Assembly (NCBI GenBank): GCA_905178155.1
Contig: CAJINV010000015.1
Location: forward strand, 895,013 to 910,248
DNA from: Amoebophrya sp. A120
Taxonomy: Eukaryota; Protista; Dinoflagellata
Direction: 5' to 3'
Length of the DNA: 15,236 bases
The notes beneath the pieces are model-generated. The model did not search any database, was not told the DNA's origin, and saw only the letters and a list, made by a program, of their open reading frames with translations. Numbering within the stretch: the first letter of the stretch is position 1; each line of letters opens with the position of its first letter. Shown here one piece after another: positions 9,132 through 15,236 of the stretch. The translations under genes were made by a program, and so were the position numbers.

Positions 9132-10605
9132 GGTCCGTCGTGTGATGGATCTTCCAAGAACCGGATAATTGATTCCTCCCGCCGAGCTGCAGTACCGCTA
9201 GCGCCTGTCGAGACGGTAAGTACTTCTACAGCAGCTCCTTTGTAGTGAATACGCGCTGGCCGACGTGTAAGAACTAATTCTTGCGTCGCGCGGCTCCGTC
9301 TGAACGCCTTGCCGTCTTCATTCGCCCGGAAGATGAAGAACCAGCGACGGCACGTCTACTACTTCCAGCCGAATTTCCTAGAAAAAACATGCACTTATAC
9401 AAAACTGGTCGTCCCACTCTATTGTCACTCTTCTGCCGCTCTCGGCTGCTCTCCGAGAATCATACTTAGCTGAAAAAGAACGGCAACTCAACAAAACTCG
9501 CGAAAGAAGTATGACCACCTCTTACGAGCACGCTCAGGACCAGACCGGAGGTGATACAAGGGTGCAGCTCTCAACCAACATGGTACGCAGAAAAAAAAAG
9601 AAACCAAAGTAGCCTACACACGTATAATCACACGTGCGGTACACCGAGATGAAGCGCCTGCGCACTCAAGAAACTACACAGCCTGCGCGTGAGGAGGACG
9701 GCTGCAGCTCCCGCACCAGCTCCTGAGTGTGAGAAGTTGTATTCTTGAATCGATGAGCGTGAGAGTCGTACAACCAGTTTGCCAAAAATAACCTTTCGTT
9801 CTGTAGCTGCAATAGTGTCAGAAGTACTAGCAGGTTCAGTGTGCCGCGAATTTTTGCACCGTTCGTGTTCGTATGTTGAATCTTCCCGCCAACAGAGATT
9901 TGGATTTCTTTTGGCGTACAAGTCGCTTGCCGTAACAAGCGCGTCCTGCCGTGACTAATACAGAAAGCAAAGGAGTACTGTGGCACCGTAAACGTGATTT
10001 ATTTTTGAGAAATAGTCTTCCATAGGGTTCAAAATTAGTAGGACATTGCACAACTCAGCTGGTCTTCAATTCTAATTTTTCAGGGGCGTAGAAATTGGTA
10101 ATGCTTGTTGTTTTTGAAAGAAAGCTCTTGAATTGGATCTGAAAATGTAACAAAATTTTTCCGATAATGTAAATGTATGAAGTGAGAAGCACTACGTCAA
10201 TAGCAAAATGTGTAAAGCGTAAACGTAAAGTTGTGAACAATTAAATTGTACACGTCAATGACTGAAGATAGCACAAAACAAAGTTATACGAGAGTTCGAT
10301 GTTTACAAAAAAAAATACTTTAAACGACAGTTTGTTTTTGCACGACCCTAAATAACCACCACATGATTTTTTCATTCCTTTTTCAACCGCCTCTGTGTAA
10401 GAAATTTTGTCGATCTTATTTCAACTCAAATCACAGTCATGTTGCGAAATGATATCACTTCCCCAGAACTTTTCGCACCTCCGCTCCGCCTCGTTCCACC
10501 TCATCTTGTTCCAAAACACCATCTTCATCCCCGCAGATAAAAGAAAAATCTTTCACGCGGAAATGAAAAGGTGAATAAAACTCCACATCGTCCCCCACCG
10601 CGTTT

Positions 10606-13539
10606 TTAAAACGGCTTCTGCAGCGCGTCAACGATGCCGCTGGCCGCTTGCATGACGCGGGCCTGGGTGGCCTCGTATGAATTACAAAAGTATCGTACTC
10701 CTCGTATAAGCGCATTACAAATTTTCTCAGCATCAGAAATAAAATTTGTCATGCGGATTTACCTTGAGAAAAAAAGTGTAATGCACGATTGCAATATGAG
10801 TACGATACTTTTGTACAGGATACCTCGTGCGTCCGAGCGAACTCTTCCTGCTGCTTCTGAATGAAGGCAGAGGCCTCCGCTTCGGCCGCAGCCTCCAGCT
10901 GCTCCGGAGTCAGCAGTTCGCCCGTGATCCGGTCGGCAATGGAGATCTCGGCCTCACCCTCGGCCGTGATGGTGGTCTTCTGCAGAAAGGTATGCAAGAA
11001 AAAAACTATGTGAGTGTAAGTCTGTGATGCTGAAAATGCAAAGCTGTATACACGTGTCATGCTGGATGTGCGTGGTCGTAGACTACTTTCATACGTGTTT
11101 TCACATGCTAGCTGCGCATCACAGGTTTTCCCTGTAATGCAAAACGAATTTGTGATGCTGCCCTTTCTACAAGGTTACACTGACACAGTTTTTTTCCTGG
11201 ATAAAAGGCGCTGGCACCTCCGGCCCGGGCGGCGGCCTGCGCATTGGCATTCATCCGGCCCCCGCCGCGGCCAGACGCTGCGGCATGCGCATTCGCGTTG
11301 GCCGCAGCAACAGCCTCGTCGTCGCCGTCCCCAGCCGGGATGGTGTTCACACCACCCTGCGACAGGATGCCGACTTTCACCCGTTCGTTGACTTGGTCGT
11401 AGTTTCCACGCATGTCCTATCCTGAGCAAAAACGTCCCCGCCACCCCAGAATCAATTGTCATGCAAATCTGCATGCAAAAAAAGTTTCTCATGCGGGAGC
11501 TTCGCAATCGCATGAGAATCGTTCTCAAGTCGTGTTTTGAAGTCTGTGATGCTAGAATCAGCACGATATGCTAGATCAGTGATGCTGCTGGACTAGCTCA
11601 ACAGGATTACATTCACCGAGGACAAACTTGTCATGCGAAACAGCCAAAGCTGGCTGATTTGTCTAGTAGATTTCCTATCTTGACTATGGGGTGGGGAGGT
11701 TTTTGCTCAGGATATGTCCGCGTTCTTCATGACCTGCTCGGCGGTTTCGGCTTGCATCTTCATGGCGACAGCCGTTTGCTTATGCATTGCAAATATGTCT
11801 GGGTCTGAAAGGATGCAAGGTTTGTCATGCTTGGCCGGCATGACTCTTAGCTCTGTGATGCATGAGCAGGAAAAGAGCCCCGTGGGTGTTATGCAAAAAC
11901 GCAGTTTGTCATGCGCAAAGCGAAAGACATAGCAGCTCAAAAACTTGTCATGCTTGGCCACGTATTGCAGTCGTGCATCCACTATTCACTGCTTTGCATG
12001 ACAACTTTCCAGACCCAGACATTACATTTGCAATGCATATTGCTTCGCCATCAGGTCCAGCAGCGCGGCGTAGTTGTGGTACTGCTCGGATCAAAGTGAA
12101 AAAAGCCCCCACCCCATATCGGAAACGGAAGATGCGCGAATTTGTGATGCTGTATTTGAGTACACAAATCGACTTGTATTGCTAGAAGGCCAAGCGACGA
12201 AGCTGCGGCCTAAATTGCAGGCAGTCTGTCATGCTGTTCCCCACTTCCAGTTGCCTCCTGCCATCCTGGAGCTGCAAGGCTTTCCCACGCTAGGCAGCAC
12301 TACAGTCCACCGCATCTTCTGGCTCTGCCTTCTAGCATCACAAGGCTGATTTGTGACCACAAATCTGCATCACAGATTTTGATTTCCTTTTTGATATGGG
12401 GAGGGGGCATTTTTCATTGCCATAGCTCCGCCGTTTGCTGCAGCACCACCGCCTCACTGCGAAGGCTGTTTTTTTTATTGGTGAAGAAGCAAAATTTCTT
12501 CTGATAGGTACCAGCGCGATTTTGCATAATTGCACTTTTCCTTTTTCTTCATCTACATTTTCTACCAAAACGAATGAATTCAACTGATTCAGATGATGGC
12601 GATCATCCCTGGCCCTGCTTGCAGACGCACAGAGAAGCTGCAGAGTCTTATTCTTAGTATAGTAAGTACTCATATTTTATTCTTCTTTTGCACATTATGT
12701 ATGAAACCAAACGAAACACTGAAATTTTATGGGAAAAAAAAGTACATTTTGGCGGACATGACAATTTTTTTGTGCATGGCTTGCAGGTTCTTCGCTTGCA
12801 GGTGGTTCATCTTGGCCACCTTTTCCATCTGTATCCCGCGTAAAAACTACGTCCCCACTCCAAGTCCAAAGTTCTTGGAATGCAAATCTGCATGCTCAAA
12901 ATGTTGTTTCATCTCATGCGGAGGTGTAGACCCATGATGCGACGCACTTCCTAGTGCCGTTTTGATAAATTTGCGATGCTCGCAGCCGAGTGCTGGTGTG
13001 CTAGATCTGCATATGTGATGCTGCTGCACTAGCTAAAGTTATCAAGACGACTACATTGCGACGTCGCGCCCAAGTAGTTTGTCATGCGCAACAACCAAAG
13101 CTCGTTGATTTAGATTTTTCTAGCAGATTTTCCATCTTGACAACTGCAACGCGAAGGAGGAAATGGGGACGTTTTTACTCCAGATAATCAGCTTGGCCGC
13201 ATCGTCCCCCATGGCAGGGAGCTTCTTGCCTTTGCCGACGGGCGCGCCGGCGCTGGCGGACGCGGAAACCTCGACCTCGGTGTCATCGTCGCAACAAGAA
13301 GAAGAACTGGCGAAGGAGCCATCGTTTTCCGAGGAATACGAAGCACTCGATTCGGCCGACGAATCGGATTTCGTCTCCTGCTTGGTCGCCTCCTTGGCCA
13401 GGAAAGAGGTCGAGGAGGGAACCGCCGCCGCACCAGCAGTGCCCTCGGTTTTGAACGCCGAGGCTTCGCCCGAGGTCAGGCAAAAGTTGGTGGAGACGAG
13501 GAGCTTCGCTCCGGCCAGGACCTTGGCTTTGTACAACAT
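10606..13539 (-). CDS. Hypothetical Ala/Ser-rich protein, possibly secreted, 8 exons, 338 aa
   Basis: Exons 13539-13187, 12826-12746, 12465-12425, 12083-12040, 11775-11715, 11412-11204, 10985-10823, 10670-10606 = 1017 nt, ATG to TAA. The frame is restored across 6 introners and one GT-AG intron: MLYKAKVLAGAKLLVSTNF...AAKLMEKVAKMNHLQAKNLQAMHKKIVMSAKILRSEAVVLQQTAEQYHNYAALLDLMAKQTAVAMKMQAETAEQVMKNADMRGNYDQVNERV...SAFLQKTT...SAFIQKQQEEFARTHEATQARVMQAASGIVDALQKPF*. No family recognised. Confidence 0.8.
10676..10822. mobile_element. Introner family A (gene 2 intron 7)
   Basis: TIR core tacaaaagtatcgtactc; TSD cctcg 10671-10675 and 10823-10827. Confidence 0.92.
10991..11203. mobile_element. Introner, family E-like (gene 2 intron 6)
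   Basis: TIR tatgcaagaaaaaaactatgtgagtgtaa / ttacactgacacagtttttttcctggata; TSD aaagg 10986-10990 and 11204-11208. Confidence 0.9.
11418..11714. mobile_element. Introner family C (gene 2 intron 5)
   Basis: TIR tatcctgagcaaaaacgtcccc / ggggaggtttttgctcaggata; TSD tgtcc 11413-11417 and 11715-11719. Confidence 0.93.
11781..12039. mobile_element. Introner family B (gene 2 intron 4)
   Basis: TIR tatgcattgcaaatatgtctgggtctg / cagacccagacattacatttgcaatgcata; TSD ttgct 11776-11780 and 12040-12044; opposite orientation to 4669-4923. Confidence 0.93.
12089..12424. mobile_element. Introner family D (gene 2 intron 3)
   Basis: TIR gatcaaagtgaaaaaagcccccaccccatatc / gatatggggagggggcatttttcattgccata; TSD gctcg/gctcc. 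Confidence 0.88.
12466..12745 (-). other. Probable canonical GT-AG intron (gene 2 intron 2)
   Basis: AT-rich; donor AAAAT|GTACTT and acceptor AAAAAAAACAG|CCTT give the in-frame join MSAKILRSEAVV. No TIR. Confidence 0.68.
12832..13186. mobile_element. Introner family C (gene 2 intron 1)
   Basis: TIR tatcccgcgtaaaaactacgtcccca / tggggacgtttttactccagata; TSD atctg/atcag. Confidence 0.88.
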
Positions 13540-14401
13540 GATAAACGATGATGTAGTTCTGCTGGCTTTTCTTCTGCTGCTTGGTGTTTGTTTCTCGTTG
13601 TAAGTAGCTTCAAAAAGAACCTCGAGTCGCGTCGTGGTCGATTTTTGATTCGAGCGTGAAAGTTGTGACTGGTTTTTAAACTTCTCGATCGTGAAATTTG
13701 TTCTTTCGCCGATTGTAGCTGTTGTGTTTTAGGTTCGTATGTCGTATTCGTACTTATGTTTTGATGATAGATAGGGGTAAACAGAGAAAGAGATGCTGCT
13801 GGAGGAGGAGAGTAGATTTATTGTTCAGAAGATGAACCACAAGAAGCATCAGTTTCAAGTACAGCCGAATAATATTGGCATCAAACTAAACCGAGAGCTA
13901 CCAGCACCTGCACTAGTAGTGCTGAATACTAGCACAATTTCGACCGACGAAACATCAGCCGAGGCTGTGCCAATTTGGCTCTGCTGCGTACGATGAAACA
14001 AGGCACTGGCGCACGATGTTGCTGCTCACAGACACAACTTCTGTATGAACAACGCCGGAACCGATTTATGTAGAGCAGGACGATTCAAACAGTTTCTTCG
14101 TTGCACGATTTCGCGGCCGCTCCAGCGGTATTGCTGAACGATAACGACGAGAATTTGTTCGTTTACGATATTTTTTGCGCACGATGAAACCGAGATGTTG
14201 CCAATACGACAAGCGCTAATGGGACGACCGACCATGGAAGTGTCTGTGAAGAGTGCAAGTAGGACCGATTTTTTCTCGAGGTTGCGAACCGACGCAAACG
14301 TAAGTAGCCTCAGAAACAAAAATATGTTCCTAGTTTGTAGGTGCTTTGTAGAAGTTGCCTAATATTACTATGTCATTCTAGTAAGTACTACTTCAAAGCG
14401 C

Positions 14402-15107
14402 TCACATCGACTGAACTCGTCCTGCTTGCTCTTGCAGGAGGTTGTCAACAAGTATAAAGTTGTGACGCGCAAAATCATTCTCGCTGCGCAGTTGGCACCG
14501 CCGGCTGGATATTCGTATTCCTTTTTTCGCTAGATATTCCTCAAACTCAGTTGCGGATTGGATACTGCTTCTCAGATGGAAGACATTCGAATTTCTCTTT
14601 GAGGCGGCGTTATGATCGTGACTTTCACCAGAAAAAAGTTCTTCGAACCATGCGTCTAGAAGTGCGACTGGCAAAAACATCTTGTCACCGTCAAGGACAA
14701 GAGCACTAGTAGAGAAGTCGGAGCTGCTCGACGTCTTGCTCCCAACAAGAGCATTCCGGGTGATCAGTCCTGGTGTTGGGTTTCTCAATTGCACTATGTT
14801 TCGCACACTATCCTGCACATCCTTCACCATGGCCTGAAGGTTCTGGCTCTTCTGCAGCTGAAAGGAGGTAGTTGATGTTGTAGAGCGAGACGTCTGATTT
14901 CGATGAGAATTTGCTGGAACTAAATCTAGTTCCGTCAGATCCCTTGTCAGTGCCGCGGAGGGAAACAGGGTGAGGGAAGAGAAGGAATCGAGCAGGTAGC
15001 AGGACGCAGCTTCCGTAGAGGACTTTTGTGATTGTACTCTACTTCCCAACCGCTTGCTGATGCTGGCCTCGTATTCATCTTGGTGGCTGTAGTTATTCCC
15101 ATGATGA
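14402..15107 (-). CDS. Probable last exon of an unknown gene entering from the right edge
   Basis: The 215-aa ORF 14402-15049 starts at TTG, but the frame stays open upstream (HHGNNYSHQDEYEASISKRLGSRV...) to a candidate introner at 15108. Same strand as the neighbouring genes. No recognisable domain. Confidence 0.5.
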
Positions 15108-15234
15108 TCTGGTAACCAAATGCGTGCGCGCGCGCGCGCAGAGCGCGCGCCGGCCCACGAAGCCGGCGCGCGCGCTCTGCGCGCTTGCGATATTGCTTAG
15201 CAAACGCAGCGCGAAGGCAGTTGCCGTTACCATA
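15108..15234. mobile_element. Candidate GC-rich introner of a distinct family, with an internal hairpin
   Basis: Ends tctggtaac / gttaccata are inverted repeats. Internal arms 15134-15154 and 15162-15184 are complementary. The right TSD is cut off by the window edge. Confidence 0.5.
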
Positions 15235-15236
15235 TA

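Noticed and set aside
10455-10605. Coding-looking tail of ORF 10455..10733
   Set aside because: The spliced frame stops at TAA 10606-10608, and the ORF begins inside an introner.
9132-10605. Short ORFs, promoters or RNA genes in the spacers (also 1157-2170 and 13540-14401)
   Set aside because: AT-richer sequence with no recognisable protein, tRNA, snRNA or regulatory signature that I can support.
221-13186. Codon-phase bias of insertions (13/5/7 for phases 0/1/2)
   Set aside because: The sample is too small and the count depends on the unknown splice register.
13163-13603. Plus-strand 146-aa ORF
   Set aside because: It starts inside an introner TIR and is antisense to exon 1 of gene 2, whose frame continues through seven introns.

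Overview
Eukaryotic genomic DNA with four co-oriented (all minus-strand) protein-coding genes. The ORF track shows them only as fragments because they are split by non-canonical introns. The main gene (2258-9131, 21 exons, 881 aa reconstructed by hand) encodes kinesin-associated protein KAP/KAP3, the kinesin-2 accessory subunit. A second complete gene (10606-13539, 8 exons, 338 aa) encodes an Ala-rich hypothetical protein. A Cys-rich PAN/Apple-like protein runs off the left edge, and a last exon enters from the right edge. Twenty-five introns (plus one candidate) are MITE-like introner elements of about 7 families. Each is 139-355 bp, has terminal inverted repeats ending TAT...ATA and is flanked by a 5-bp target-site duplication (TSD). 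Removing the element plus one TSD copy restores the reading frame every time, and almost none can be read as GT-AG. Only 3 introns are ordinary GT-AG introns. This architecture matches the invasive non-canonical introners described in the parasitic dinoflagellate Amoebophrya (organism inferred, not verified). Beyond that, the element ends show transcript-polarised conservation (invariant 5' TA; invariant [G/C]A near the 3' end), and all families share a repeated GCATNACAA motif. Both may be signals of an uncharacterised splicing or mobilisation machinery.
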